Shown here piece after piece: positions 26,201 through 39,299 of a DNA stretch of 62,936 nt. A program made the translations under genes and the position numbers. Source of the DNA: Hydrolagus affinis. Taxonomy: Eukaryota. Location: positions 1 through 62,936 of the forward strand of contig JAAILG010001695.1 of NCBI GenBank assembly GCA_012026655.1, given 5' to 3'. Numbering within the stretch: the stretch's first letter is position 1; each line of letters starts with the position of its first letter. The notes under the pieces were generated by a model. That model worked only from the letters and a program-made list of their open reading frames with translations. It made no database searches and was not told the origin of the DNA.

Positions 26201-29200
26201 TCCATTTCACATACCTAATCATCGCCTTAAGTAACCTCACTCCTGATACATTATCTTTTCCTCCCAGCAACAGAAGGAACTCTGATTAGATTGAGCATTC
26301 ATAAAGTGTAGCTGCTGATTCTTGGAAAGAAGCTTGACAAGCCATCGCCAACCCGCTGACACAATGTAGAAAAAGAACATAAGAATTAGGAGCAGGAGTA
26401 GGCCATTTGGCCCTTTGAGCCTTCCCCGCCATTTGATAAGATCATGGCTGATCTTCTGACCTAACTCTAATTACCTGCCCCATCCCCATATCCCCTAAAC
26501 CCTCTAAATTTAAAAAAATCTATCAGTCTCAGCCTTGAAAATGTTCAAGGACTGAAAATGTTCAAGGACTGAGCATCTACAGCCTTCTGGGGTAGTGCAT
26601 TTGTTTCCTCAACTCTGTTCTAAAAGGCTGACCCATAATTTTAAGATTATGACACCTGGTTATAGATTCTCCTACCAAAGGAAACAGTCCCTCACTATCT
26701 ACTTTATCCACCCTTTTAAGAATCTTATATGTTTCAATAAGATCTCTCCTAATTCTTCTGTACTCCAAAGAATACAGCCCTAGTCTATTCAACCTATCCT
26801 CATAGGTCAGTCCCCTCATCCCAGGAACTAACCTAGTGAATCTACGCTGCAAAGAAAACTCACATGATGGAATGGTACCATCACTACTACAAGTAATAAT
26901 CCTTGCGTTTGATATAGCACCTTATCATGCCTTTGAGACATCTCCAGGCTCTTCATAGAATATACAGTGAATTGACTGGGTATTTTGTGGGCATTGGCAT
27001 GAGAAGCTGTAGTTAACAGGGAGCTAGAGTGTGGAGATGACTGCTGCCTGGTTAGAGCTGTCATCAACTCACCCATTGAGGGGGTTGCCAGTGTCTGCCG
27101 GCCCACCAGCTGTGCCGGTCCCAGCCCGTCCAGGAAATCACTGAACTGTCCGTCTGCTCCCAGCCGAGCCGTGGGGAAAACCAAACTGCGAAGCACAAGG
27201 AGATCGGTGTCAATAACTGTTGCATAAGTTGCTCAGACTGTGACCCACAAGCAGTGTCCAGGCTCCAGAAAATAATCACCAATTTTGACACTGCACGGCT
27301 GATATTTTCACCCAGTCTGATCTGGGAGACCATTTTGCCTTTAAACATTAAAATTGGTAGGACTTCAGAGAATATCTATGGTCTGTATCTCTTAATAATT
27401 TACTGTATTAGCTTCCGGCTTAAAATATTTCCACAAATCTGGGCAATCATGAATCTTAAGGCAAAATCCTCTCGATCACCAGAGCAGAACCGGGCAAGAA
27501 GGAATAAAATGATAATAATAATTCTTGAATTTGAGATAGTGTTTCATCCACAAAATTATATAATCAATTAATGGCAAAACATACCAGCCAATTGCACACA
27601 GCAGTGTCCCACAAACAGTTGTGGATTGAGTGACCAAATTCAAGTGCTGAATGTTATAGGTTTGAGGTTTGTGGAGTCCTGTAGCTCAGTGTTTAGAACA
27701 CTCACCTAACAAGCGAGAGTCCTAGGTTCGATTCCAGGCAGGGCGAAACCTCGGGCAAGTTTCCTTACTCAACACGCCTGATAATAATCCCTCAAAAAAA
27801 TTTAGAATTTGGTCATTTCAAACCATGACTGTTTGTGGGACACTGCTGTGTGCAATTGGCTGCTGTCTTTCGCCTACATCTACACAGTCAATTCACTTTA
27901 CAGTATTTTCTGTGAAACACTTTGAGACGTCTAGAAGACATGAAAAGTGCTATATCAAATACTGGTACAGTACAAGGATTATTATTTGAAGAGTTAAACA
28001 GTGACAGACCAACTCCTTTGGCTGATGGATCAGGAACAGAGTGGGCAGGGACTCTTATCTTAAACACTGGAAACATAAAGGGGAGGTTAGAGTAAATGTT
28101 TCTAAACAAGGGCGGGGAGCGCATTATCGCATGTGGCTGTTGAAGAGAAATCAATTATCTGTATCTACATGACTTTATTTCATGATGTACTCACAGATTC
28201 CAATGGAGGGCGCCAGGACACCAATGTACAGATTAAGTTACATTCCAGCTCTCAGTTAGAAGCTCTAATCCTGCACAACTCTTGTCGTAAACTTTTTAGA
28301 AATAATAATCCTTGCATTTGATATAGCGCTTTTCACGATGTCTCAAAGCGCTTCACAGAATACTGTAAAGTGAATTGACTGTATATATGTGGGCGAAATG
28401 CGGCAGGCTATTGAGCACAGCAGCGTCCCACAAACAGTCGTGGATTGAAATTACTGATTTATTATAGATTTTTTGGAGGGATTATTATTAGGCGTGTGGA
28501 GTAAGTAAACTTGCCCAAGGAAGAACATTTAGTCTCCGAATTTAAAAGTTGGTGCAGAATTATGGGAATTTCTTTAATTCGGTCATAATACAGAAGCGTT
28601 TTTTTTTGCAGTTCTTACGAACTGCAAATTCGTAACTACAGATTACGAACCACAGATTCTACGCTAAAACTGGATTGATTGCAAGAATTTTCCTCAGTTA
28701 TACTGTAACGTGAATTGACTGTATATTTTGTGGACGAAACACAGCAGCCAATTGTGCACTGCAGTGTCCCACAAACAGTTGAGTGAAGGAATTATTACCC
28801 CTAGAAGAACCCCTAGATTTTTTGAAGGTGTTGTTACCCCCAGAAAAGGATTTACCAATCAACTGATAACCAGGTTCCTATTTACTTCTAGGTAAAGAGG
28901 CGAGTGGTGTAAGGAAAATTGCCCAACTTTTTGCTTTGCCCAGGAATCAAACGCAGGTCTGCTCACTTACTGTAGTGCTGTAACCACTAAGAGGACTGAA
29001 TGGTATTGTATCGGTAAATCTTTCATGTCCACCTGAACAGACAGACCTCGAACGCTTGGCTTACAAACCATTCAATCCGAAACAAACACCTTCAACAACG
29101 AAGCATCGAAGCATCAGCCGAGACAGTCAGCTCAGGGTTTCCGTTTTGAACCCATTGATCTCCTGACCATAGGGAGAGAAAGCCAGAGAGAAAAGAAGTC

Positions 29201-29384
29201 CAGCCTCAGAGGGCGCTGCCGTGCTATCTGCTGCAAACTTACTTCCCATCGGAGCTGTTGCTGTTGGTGCTTCCGTCTGTGGACTCGCGGCTTCCTTGCC
29301 TCGTGACCCTGTTCCGCATTTCCACAGCAATCCCAGTCTCGGTGCTTCTCCGGATGTTACTGCGTAATTTCTTGGGACCGACCT
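23077..29384 (-). CDS. RIMS3: RIMS3 (regulating synaptic membrane exocytosis 3, RIM3-gamma), 5'-partial; complement join(23077..23289,24500..24639,25516..25617,27073..27185,29243..29384)
   Basis: Five GT-AG phase-consistent exons encode KKLRSNIRRSTETGIAVEM...RQGSRESTDGSTNSNSSDG, FSDFLDGLGPAQLVGRQTLATP, the C2B domain (GQLEVE...YIKVYLLENG...VIVWGDYGRMDHK) and RRLSQSSLDSATSP. LRSNIRRSTETGIAVEM and the C-terminus are RIMS3-type rather than RIMS1/2/4. Confidence 0.95.
23600..23795 (-). mobile_element. tRNA-SINE with internal deletion
   Basis: (aat)n tail and body joined directly to a head fragment. Confidence 0.7.
24500..24639 (-). CDS. RIMS3: RIMS3 exon (APYIKVYLLENGVCIAKRKTKISRKTVDPLYQQPLMFEESPQGKVLQ)
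   Basis: cccacag| acceptor, |gtcagt donor, 140 nt. Confidence 0.93.
24752..24773. repeat. (TG)n microsatellite
   Basis: tgtgtgtg... run in a RIMS3 intron. Confidence 0.9.
25516..25617 (-). CDS. RIMS3: RIMS3 exon (GDIHIGVIDRSGQLEVEIFQARGLIPKPSSKTLP), start of C2B
   Basis: tggcag| acceptor, |gtacat donor, 102 nt, phase 1-1. Confidence 0.9.
26375..26852 (-). mobile_element. CR1 LINE 3' end
   Basis: QRRFTRLVPGMRGLTYEDRLNRLGLYSLEYRRIRRDLIETYKILK is the CR1 ORF2 C-terminus; 3'UTR ends at the aagaacataagaa tail. Confidence 0.9.
27073..27185 (-). CDS. RIMS3: RIMS3 exon (NLVFPTARLGADGQFSDFLDGLGPAQLVGRQTLATPSM)
   Basis: ttcgcag| acceptor, |gtgagt donor, 113 nt. Confidence 0.93.
27510..27640 (-). 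mobile_element. tRNA-SINE fragment
   Basis: Tail plus gccaattgcacacagcagtgtcccacaaacag body. Confidence 0.7.
27673..27986 (+). mobile_element. tRNA-derived SINE, full-length
   Basis: ggagtcctgTAGCTCAGTG (A box)...GGTTCGATTCC (B box), body, and tail aaggattattatt. Confidence 0.9.
28301..28520 (-). mobile_element. tRNA-SINE, 5'-truncated
   Basis: Tail and body close to the family consensus. Confidence 0.85.
28700..28990 (-). mobile_element. tRNA-SINE (long subfamily), tail missing
   Basis: Body, internal ggttcctatttacttctaggtaaagagg segment, and degenerate head. Confidence 0.7.
29243..29384 (-). CDS. RIMS3: RIMS3 exon (EVGPKKLRSNIRRSTETGIAVEMRNRVTRQGSRESTDGSTNSNSSDG)
   Basis: ttcccacag| acceptor, |gtaagt donor, 142 nt, phase 1-2. 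Confidence 0.93.
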
Positions 29385-30599
29385 CTGTGGGAAGAGAAAG
29401 AGAGAACGTTTCTTAATATAAGTAATAATAATAACACAGTAATAATAATAATTCTTGTATTTGATAGAGTGCCTTATCACATCGTTGAGATGTCTCATAG
29501 TGCTTCACAGAATATAGTGCAACGTGAATACACTGTGTGTGTTATTTTTCACTAAGCAGGGTCCCACAAACAGTCGTGAATTCAAGATGTGTGTATCACT
29601 TTCTCTAGCAGCTGCTATGTGATTAGCTCACATCCCCTATCTCAGGACCCCTGAGTTTCTGAGTAGAGACCTCTTTCTCTCTTGTTGCTTAACCAGATTT
29701 GTGGAGAATGTAGTTGGAATCAAAATACACCTTTTCAGTCAGTGAGGAACTCGTGAGAGAGGACAAGAAACTAGTTTGTGATAATGTTTAGGCCTATACT
29801 TCACTTTCCGCCTCCACTCTCTTATATCCCTCTATTACCTTCTCCCTCGTATATGCAAGTTTAATCTTAAATATGTTGTTGCTTTTTGCCTCAACCACAG
29901 CTTCTCGCAGTGAGTTCCACATTCTTGCCACCCCCTGCGTGAAGTTTCTCCTAACCTCCCTGTTAGGCCTGTTACTGACTATCTTTTATAATTATTCTGG
30001 TAGATCTTTCTAGATGAATACTATTCTCAATAACAAATCCACCAAACCATGGCCAGAAACAGTGGACAGCGCTTGGTTCTGAATTTCCTGTCACTTCTGA
30101 AGTTGAAAGCCATCGAGTGAAAGCATCACAGCTTTATACTCAAACCAATCAATCTATATTTCAACACTGTACTGAAATATAGTCCTTTGAAGCTGTGCTT
30201 TCTGTCTCTTTATAAAGATCTAAATATTCTGTTTAATTTTTCGTGGATCAGATGGGATTAAAATAGGTGTCTGTCCCACGGGAGAACAATCAGCGCCTTG
30301 GGACGTCCTCCTGGCGCTGTATAAATGTAATTTTGTTGTTGTTGACACACAATCACCCCGGACCTGCAGAAGCTGAACCAGAAGCCAGCAGGACATTGTT
30401 CAAAGCCAAGTGTGGCCTCAGAGTCTGACGGCTAACTCTGCGTTTCTGCGCAAGCACAAAGCCCGATGTCAACAGTAATTGGGAATACAGCACACTAGAT
30501 ACACAACAGTGCAGATAATGAGTCATCGTGGAAAATACCAATTAGCAAAGCGTTCTAATCAAAAACATCATCTGTCAGAATGTCACTCGAGCACTGCAT

Positions 30600-31160
30600 T
30601 CTACCAGCCTTCTCAACCTCCTGCTCTAGGCTCCACGACCATATCAGCCTCACCCTCGCCTGACTCCACTGGCTTCCCATCACACAGAAAATACAGTTCA
30701 AGATCCTGATCCTCACCTTCAAACCCTTGCTCCCACCTAACTCTGCAATCTCCTAACCTCCTACTAACCTGCCCTCTGCTCAGTGTGCTACGGCTTGCTT
30801 CATGCCCCTGCTTCACTCGCCCCACCATTGGCGGGTGGGCCTTCAGCCACTCTGCCCCCACCATCTGGAAATCCATCCCAAAGTCCCTCTGCCTCACCCC
30901 ATCCCTTACCGCCTTCAAGACCCACTTTGAGGACCCACCTTCTCTTCAACCGTGCTTTTGATCAACCTCCATTCTCTCCTGACCCCCACCTCCCCAATCC
31001 CTACCCCCAGCTCGGGTCCAAAGTACTCTCGTCCAGCATCTTGGGATGTCCTCCCATCAACATTGCATCGAAAGGCGCTATACAAGTGTAATTTTGTTGT
31101 TATTATTGGTGTTCTCCCGACGTGAAAGGCAGTATACGCATGTAATTTTGTTGTTGTTAT
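30600..31160 (+). mobile_element. L2-clade LINE 3' end with duplicated tail
   Basis: LHWLPITQKIQFKILIL remnant; tail gaaaggcgctatacaagtgtaattttgttgtt repeated at ~31112-31160. Confidence 0.85.
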
Positions 31161-34100
31161 TCTATAGCTATTTCCCTCCCACCCATCCACCCACCCACTC
31201 TTCTGACTAACTTTCTATCCTGCTGATTTTCTCCGACCATTTATTTCTTGTTCTCTGTTACTCTCTCTGTGTATCTGATCCTGTGCTGTGCTGATAACAA
31301 ACTGCTGAATATTCCCTGGCTCTTTGATGCTGGTTCACAAACCTTGACCTGCTATATCATGGACCTGGTCATTTTGTGCATGTGCGGCATTTACATATTG
31401 TTGGCGTCCTCAAGGCTCAATATGGATAAACTGACCCATGGCTGGTCGGCATGTGGATATTTATATACATATTCCACTAAACACAATACACAAGGATACA
31501 AGAGGCAGAGTTACCAACACTGACATGGGGAGGTGTAAGCACTAATGCAAGTGAACATCATGGTTCTGTCCTTGTCAGGCCCCTACGATCTGGACGAGTT
31601 AAACTAGAAGAAACGGTGGGTGAAGCATTTCTGCTGGTGTTCTGTCGACACTGCACTGATAAGAGCTCTTGTGTTCTTGCTGATAACTTTAGGGTGTCTA
31701 ACTTACACGATTGCAGAGTACACTGTCAGCGTAAATGCCTGGGAGGAGTGGTACATGCTCAGGTTTAGCTGGCCTCTGGTTACCACACATAAAGGGTCTG
31801 AGCCTGGCGGTGCTGCAATGAAGAACGAGGATGATCCACAGTGGGTGGGATGAGTTTTGAGGAGTCAATAGACACGCTAGGGAAACATATCAAAAAGGCC
31901 CTTGGAAAATGATGTTGCTGAATAGTACTGGGAAAGTACATGTAAGGATTATTATTATTATTATTATAATTATTATAATGACAGGATATGTGAGAAGACA
32001 TTAGGGCATGAAAAGGTGCCTGAAAAGGTGGTAGAGGCTGATTCGATAACAACTTTTCAAAGAGAGGAAGACATTTATTTGGGGAGGACAGGTTTACGAG
32101 GTTATGGGGAGAGAGCTGGGGAGTGGGATTAAACAGCTCTTTTTAAAGAGCCGGCACAGACTTGATGGGCAGAATGGCCTCCTTTTGTGCCATAAGATTC
32201 TATGATTGTAAATACAGTATTTGAGAGGTATTTCTCACGAATAAGGTTTGTCTAACACCTGGAAACGGGTAACCAGGAAAAGGTAATTTATTTAAGGCTA
32301 TTTAAGAAAGAGTCTGATGCTTTCATATCACTTTTATTTCAGGAGTATGAAATCAAAGGGTCATTGGACCTTCGTCCTCCCAACTGTTCTTGTGTATCAT
32401 TTTGTATTAAACTCTCAGGTCATCTCTTCCTGAAACGATCATGTTAGTTGAAAACTTGAACATCCTTTAATCTTCTTCATTTTGTGGGTGTGCTTTCTGA
32501 ATTGTTATCTCTCTGTGTCTTCTGTTGTTTTCTGTATCTTGGCTGGAGTGGTGTTGTCTTGTGTGTGTGTGTTAGGAGGTTGTGTGTGTTAGGAGGGTGA
32601 ATAATGATGCTGAAAGTCAGTCAGTCAATTAATCAATCAATGAAATCAATCGATCGATCAAGTTCAAATCGATTTGGCTTCAAATTGTGTTTGTGACAAG
32701 AAGGTGCAATGTCAAAGTACTTCAGCACAGATATAGCACAAAACCACAGACTATTTATTTCCTGTGCTGTACAGCTTAGGAACTGCTTCAGTAACTGTTG
32801 CTGGACGTACACAGTAAAAGCTGACCACCCCTCCTCCCAGTGAACAGCTCCCTGCGTTTCAACGTAGGCTTTCAACGTGGGGTCCAGTTAACCACTTAGT
32901 CCTATCTGGTACTTTACAGCTCATGTATATCTTAGTGTCAGCTCCTGCATGTACGATAGACAGTCAGGGCAAACAATAATAATCCTTGCATTTGATATAG
33001 CGTCTCATCTCAAAGCGCTTCAGAGGATATACTGTAAAGTGGAGTGACTGTGTATTTTGGGAGAAACACAGCAGCCTGTTGTGCATGGCAATCTCTTACA
33101 AACAGCCATGGAGTGAGTGACAATTTTTTCTTTTGGGTTGTTGTTGGCCAGGAGAAACTCTTTTCGAATAGTGCCATGGCGTCTTTAACATGTACCTGAA
33201 CAGGTAAATGGGACTTTGGTTTGATATCTTATCTGAAGGACTGACTCGATTCCTGGATTGAGGGGAATAAACGGACGCACAGTTCAATACTTCATTTTGC
33301 TTCAGTATTTAACTTAATGCAGAGGTTTAAGAAATGACCGTAATCTGTGCTGTATGTAAGTTTGATAATATAAAAATAATCCTTGCTTTTGACACAGCGC
33401 CTTGCATTTTATCACATCTTCGAGACATTACAAAGCACTTCACAGAATATACTGTAAAGTAAATTGACTTTATATTCCTGGTCCCCCACCCCCTCCCCCG
33501 GACATGAATCATTCCACTTCACTGAACATACAAAGGGTGAACCAGACACATACGAGCAAATTAAAGTGAATTGTTTCCTTTTACCAAGTGTGCAATGTAT
33601 GGGAGAAAACTATATGTAACTATAATGAGAATGAATTCACAATTAAAGATAATTAAATGGGGGGTTGGGGGACGGGGACAGGGATTTTTCCCACTCGACT
33701 TATATTATATTGACCAAAGCCCTAATGGGTATAATGGCCTTAGGTAATCAAGCAGTAAGAAGTTTGCTAGACAGTACTTTCAATTGCAAGCTGCTTGGCT
33801 TTAGTTGGTTAACATCCAGCAATTATCCCGATATATACTCTTGGGTCTCCAAGCCTTGGCTCCTGCAAATATCCCCTCCAAAATGCACAGTCACTATTTT
33901 TTTCAATAAATTGTCTGAAGCGCTATGAGACATGGAAAGTACTATAGCAAATACAAACAAATATTATTTTTAGAACTTTGGTGCATCTCTCTGGGGAGTG
34001 TGAAAATCTTCTCCCAAAATCACTTTTCTTCCTGACTTCTCTCCCTGTCTCTCTTAACAACATTTCTCTCTGACTGCACCTGTGGTCAAAAGCCTCAAAC

Positions 34101-37100
34101 TTCCTCTCCTTTCCTCCTTGCTCATTGTTCTTGTGAAGTGCTTTCAGATGTTGACCAAGTAGAAGGTGCCATGTGGGGGCAAGCTGTTGTTGAAATAGGG
34201 GAAGGAAGAAAAACCCTCGAAATAATATCATGTAAATATGTCTGGAAGTGGAAGCAACGAGACTGCTCAACTAAACAAATGATGTTACTAGAAAGCAGAT
34301 CACTATCTTCCATGCTAACCACAGCAAATGAAGCCAGACTATTAATCATTCAATGTCAATCTGATAAGGTGAACTGCTGATGCCAAAGTGTTCACCTGTG
34401 TCTAAGATGAAGAGGTCCGTATACAAAAGGAACATTTAGTCATTTAATTTCCCCAGTTCACAGAGACTACCACCCAAATCTCATGTCAGCTTGGCTCAGT
34501 TAGTAGCACTCTTGAAGGTTTTTCAGTCAGCCATGTATCTGACACTGACGGAAACCCATTCACCTTGCTTAAGTGTATCCAAACCAAACTGAGAATTCTA
34601 GGTATCCCATCTATACATGGAAATCACAGAGATGACAAATGGAATTGAAAGCACAGTCTCACCCTGGAGGGACGTATCTTGTTAACCTCATTCTGGAAAG
34701 TATTATGTGCAGGTTGTCAAGAGCCAAGGCTTGGGGATCCCAGAGTGTGCTTTGGGATAACTGATGGATTCTAACCAACCAAAACTGCACAGCCTGTCAT
34801 TGATAGCACAGTCTGACAAGGCTTGTCCAGCTAGGCCACCCTACCCATTAGGGTTTGGACGAGCAAGGTTAACGGGGGTTGAGTCCCTGCCCTGTGACTG
34901 TTCTGCCCTTCCATTTCCTGCCGCTGAGATGATATGCTGTTACAAGCAATGCTCTGGAATACTTCAGACCCGTCTGGCTCAGGAACTGCGCCCCTGGACA
35001 GAGAAGGTGGGCTCGATTCTGACATTTAGTTGCTAAACATGTCACGATGGAGCTAAACCCCACTCCCCACCCAACAAGGAGAAAAGTCACTGGCCGTTTG
35101 ACATCCAACAAGCAAGCGTTTAAGCCCTCACTGAATGGATGGATGGCAGTTACTAAGACTTCCCAGTGACCTTCCTGGTTTGCAACACAGCTCAGCATGA
35201 AATGCGGGATTGTCACCATCTTGGCTCGGACACACATCCCTCCCATTGTGTCAGAAATGTTCACAATCTAGACTCTGGTGTAGTAATGAGGGACACACGG
35301 CTAGTTTGTTGGATGTGCCGTTCTTCAGCAGGGAAGTTAAAACCACTGCATCTTTAGGTGGTGTTTGGGGAGTCTGTGACATGATTCAAAAATAAATGGA
35401 CGTTTCTCCAACAATCTTCCGGATTGTGTGTGGTACTTTGCTGTGTTCAAAACTGTCTGTCTCATTTACCTAAAAAAAAAAGACACTGTGTTTGACAGTG
35501 TTGACTGTAAATCATTTTGAAGTATTTTGACATATAAAAATGCAAGTTCTTTCCAGGCACACACAAAAAATTGACTTTGTAAATATAAATCCTGCTTTCA
35601 ATCATATTACCTGTGCCAGCCAGCCATGGAGTGGCATTGGAAATGGGCACAGGGAAAAATGAGGTCAGAACACTTGTGTGGAACTCGTACAGGTGAACGG
35701 CACCAGAAACAAGCACGGACACGAACAAGTGTTCAAAGGAATGGCTGAGCCCTCGTTACTGGGATACGTTCCTGTGTCAGACTGCTGCAGTGGGATGCAA
35801 AACTGGGTCTGTCTCTCTGCAAGATTGTGCTGCAGTGTTATATAAGTGCAGAAAGCAACTGCAGTCCGACCGAGAGAAAGAGACCTCAAGATACCTTTGA
35901 AACCCATTTTAAAATAACCAACAGCTGGAAATATTAACATGCTCGGCACACACTGGCCTCTGGGAGTAGCTGAAATAATGGAACCACCTGAAATAATAGC
36001 AGGCCGTGTCAGGACAGAACAGCTGATTTCAAAATGAAAGGACTGACACGCTGGGTAGATTTAAGTAAAACATGTAAACTGATTATTAAAGTTATGTTAA
36101 TTGTGATATTCAGGTAAAGTTGGCATTGATTGCACTATGATTTTCATCAATAAGAAATAAGCTCTCGGCTGCTTTCCCTCAGGGGAATTTCACTTCTGTT
36201 GAATATTTTATGTTAAAAGTTTTGCTTAGCATTGCGTTGGGTTACTTAAAACAAAACTGTGCTGAACATGTCTGTTCTGTGGGCAGAGTCGTAGAATCAT
36301 AGACACTTACAGCGCAGAAGGAGCCTCTGTCAGCTATTTGAAAGAGCTACTAACTAAATCAGGACTGAGATCAGTTCTCTCTGCACACCACGACCTCAGC
36401 ACAGTCCAGCAATAGGTGTTGCGGCGTAATAATGATGATAATATAATAATCCTTGCAATTGACATAGCGTCTTAACAGGTATTCGAGACGAATCGAAGCA
36501 CTTCACAAAATATACTGTAAAGTGAAGTGACTGTGGTATGTAGGCAAATGCAGGATTTTGCACACAGCAAAATCCGATAAATGGCCACAAGGTAAAATGA
36601 TCAATTGATCTAGAGATTTGTGGCCAGGAAACACCTCTGTTCTTGAAGATTGTCATAGAACTGGAATTCAGAACCTCAGTTTAGCATCTCATCTGAAAGG
36701 AAGCACTGACCACAATGCAAGGCTTCCCATTACAGCAGCGGAGTATTAATAATAATAACATTAATCCTTGTGTTTGATTTAGCGCTTTGTACCTGGAGCA
36801 GGTAGCATTAACCTGGATAACAACATGGGGCTTGAACCCACAATCATGTGACTCAGAGGAAAGAGTGCTACCAACTGAGCCATCTGATCAAACAGCTTAA
36901 TGCTGCGAGGAGAGCATGAAATGGGCTCAGTGGCCTTCTTTATCTGACCCTCTCTTGGGATCTTGTAAACTCTTAGCTATCAGGGTTTGTGCTGCTCTGG
37001 TGAATAGACCCAGAGACACACCGAAAAGGACCTTTAATCCTGAACTGAAAGACATAATACAGAAGCTCTAATTAGCTGTGCTGGTTAGCTCTACCTCACC

Positions 37101-37189
37101 GCCTCCCATTTTATCCTGTACTCATCTTGAATCTCTCAGGAACAGGAGGCTTCATTGGACTTCTTTAGTTTAGTTACACCTCTCCTTGT

Positions 37190-37575
37190 GATTACAGCAA
37201 CTTGTATTGATATAGCGCCTTTCATGCACAGTAACATCATTAAGTGCTTTACAGGAAACAACAACACTTCCATTTGTTTAGCATCCTTCACAGGGGGTAG
37301 TGTCTTGGAGTGTTTAAAATAGGGATGATGATGGAGGGGGAGGACTGAGTTGTTCAGAGGCTTTTTAGAGCTTTCGATAGAGAAGTGCTGAAAAGAGTGA
37401 TTTGGAGAGGGTACTGCTGAGGGCGGGAGCGGAATGGCTGAAGGCTCGGTCACTGAAGGTGAGGCAGGGAGGACAAGATTCGAGTTTGTCGAGCAGAGGG
37501 AGTGAGCAGTGAGTGAGATACTGGAGGCTGGTGAGGATACAGGTGATGGGCAAGGGAAGCTTTGTGTAGGTCATG
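37190..37575 (-). mobile_element. L2-clade LINE 3' end
   Basis: DRAFSHSAP remnant and an L2-type tail. Other L2 remnants at ~8100-8420 (+), 23860-24130 (-), 57730-57950 (-), 58740-58960 (+) and 62595-62740 (-). Confidence 0.7.
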
Positions 37576-38400
37576 AAGCAAGTGGATGAATGTCAGATGA
37601 CCTACTGTTTGAAGACAGTGGAACTGAGCCTGTCTGGAGGGGTTTGTCTGCTTTGGGGATAAGACAGGGACAGAGCCAGAGGATGAGGTGAAGAGTAGCG
37701 GGTTCTATCTATTACACTGCTATTATCTGGTCATTTCAAGATTAATCAGCAATGTTAATACATTCGAGCAGACTGAAAGAATAGGAATGTTCTGTTCTTA
37801 CTGTATTATTTATTGCATGGGATTAAGTCTACTTAATGTGCACACTCTCTGGCTGACTGAATAGTGTTCTCTCCATTCATTCTTGTTTTATTCATGACAT
37901 TATTACAAGTCCCTTCGTCCTATTTCTTCTCATCCTACCAGAGTGCCTTCCCAACCATCTTCCCAACACTGTATCCAGTTGTTGTTTAAATGAATCCAGC
38001 ACCATGACATCAACTATTCTTTCTAGTAAATGGCTCTAATCAACGTGAAAGATATCATACAAATGTAATTTTGTTGTTGTTGTTCTTTTTACACTCTCTG
38101 GATAACAAAATGCTTGCTGGTATCTGTCCTGAAAATGCCTTTTGGAGCTCAAAACCCATGTTTGTTTGTTCTAATGCCTTGTGGCATACACAGGTATTGT
38201 TTTGGTTTTACATTTCAATGCCATTTAAAATACAATTCATCCAATATGATCCCTTCTAAGTGTTGTTCATAGCTTATTCCTCTAATGCTGGGGATCATCT
38301 ACACTGCTCTCCTCTACCTTTAAGGTCTGTCAATCCCTTATATCACCAGCAAACAGAATATGAACAGTACTCTCTAGGTGTGGCCTGACCAGAACACTAT

Positions 38401-38735
38401 ATGATAATAATAATAATAATGGTTGCAATTGATATAATGCCTTATCATGTATTTGAGAAGTTTCAAAGCTCTTCACAGAATATACTGTAATGTGAATTGA
38501 CTGTATATTTTGTGGGCGAAACGCAGCAGCCAATTGCAGACTGTGTCCCACAGACAGTCTTGGATTGAAGTGACTAATTTATTTATTATTTTTGAAGGAA
38601 TGATTACCTACCCCTGGAAAAGCAATTAGGTGCCAATCACCTAACAACCGGGTTCCTATTTATTGCTAGGTAAACAGAGGTGTGTGGAGTAAGGAAACTT
38701 GCCCTGCTGGGAATCAAACCCAGGTCTCTCCCAGC
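38401..38735 (-). mobile_element. tRNA-SINE (long subfamily) inserted in a CR1 remnant
   Basis: Tail, body, internal ctaggtaaacagagg segment; flanked by CR1-like sequence (YSVLVRPHLE frame at ~38370-38400). Confidence 0.75.
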
Positions 38736-39059
38736 TTGAGTTTGACATCGGGGGATTTGAATTTAACTGATTTAGCGATACATCCCAGCATTTCTTTAGC
38801 TTTGTTTATTGCTATCTCACTACTGCTCACAGAATGTACTGTAAAGTGAATTGGCTAACTCAATTGACAGACGAGCAAATGGGGAAGTGGGGAGAAAAAT
38901 ATCCACGTACAGAGTAGTTAGGATATGGAATGCTCTGCTGGGGGTGATAGTTTAGGCATTTCAAACGGGAACTAGATAAACATTTAAAAATGAGTAAACT
39001 ATAGGGGCTCAGGTAAAAGGCAGATAAATGGGACTGAAAGGATTGCTCTTAAACAATAT

Positions 39060-39260
39060 ATATAATCCTTGCATTTTGTTACAGCGCTTTTCACATCTTA
39101 TCGACGACCCAAAGCGCTTCACAGAATATACTATAAAGTGAATTGACTGTATATTTGTGGGCAAATCACGGCAGCCAATTGCGCACAGCACAGTCCCAAA
39201 AACAGTTGTGGATTGAAATGACCAATTTTATTATTGTGGTTTTTTTGGACGGACTATTTA
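39060..39260 (-). mobile_element. tRNA-SINE, 5'-truncated
   Basis: Tail and body close to the family consensus. Confidence 0.8.
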
Positions 39261-39299
39261 TCCAGTACAGACACACAATATCCTTCTTTCTGTGGGGGA

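Noticed and set aside
27673-27746. tRNA gene (A and B boxes present; also at 42690 and other SINE heads)
   Set aside because: Each is followed by the SINE body and tail, and the cloverleaf stems are degenerate; these are SINE heads
29203-29218. Second CTCF-like motif gcctcagagggcgc (also 40175 gcagagggcgct)
   Set aside because: Mismatches in the 5' CCAC/CCAG core; the 40175 instance is part of a retroposon tail
30050-30075. REST/RE1 site (ggacagcgc half-site) in a neuronal gene
   Set aside because: The left half-site (TTCAGCACC) is poorly matched and wrongly spaced
35195-35235. RAKMVTI in ORF 34869..35264 resembling RIMS GAKMVAIVG
   Set aside because: Flanking residues (KKRRSS, GL..S) and a suitable phase-1 donor are absent; chance match
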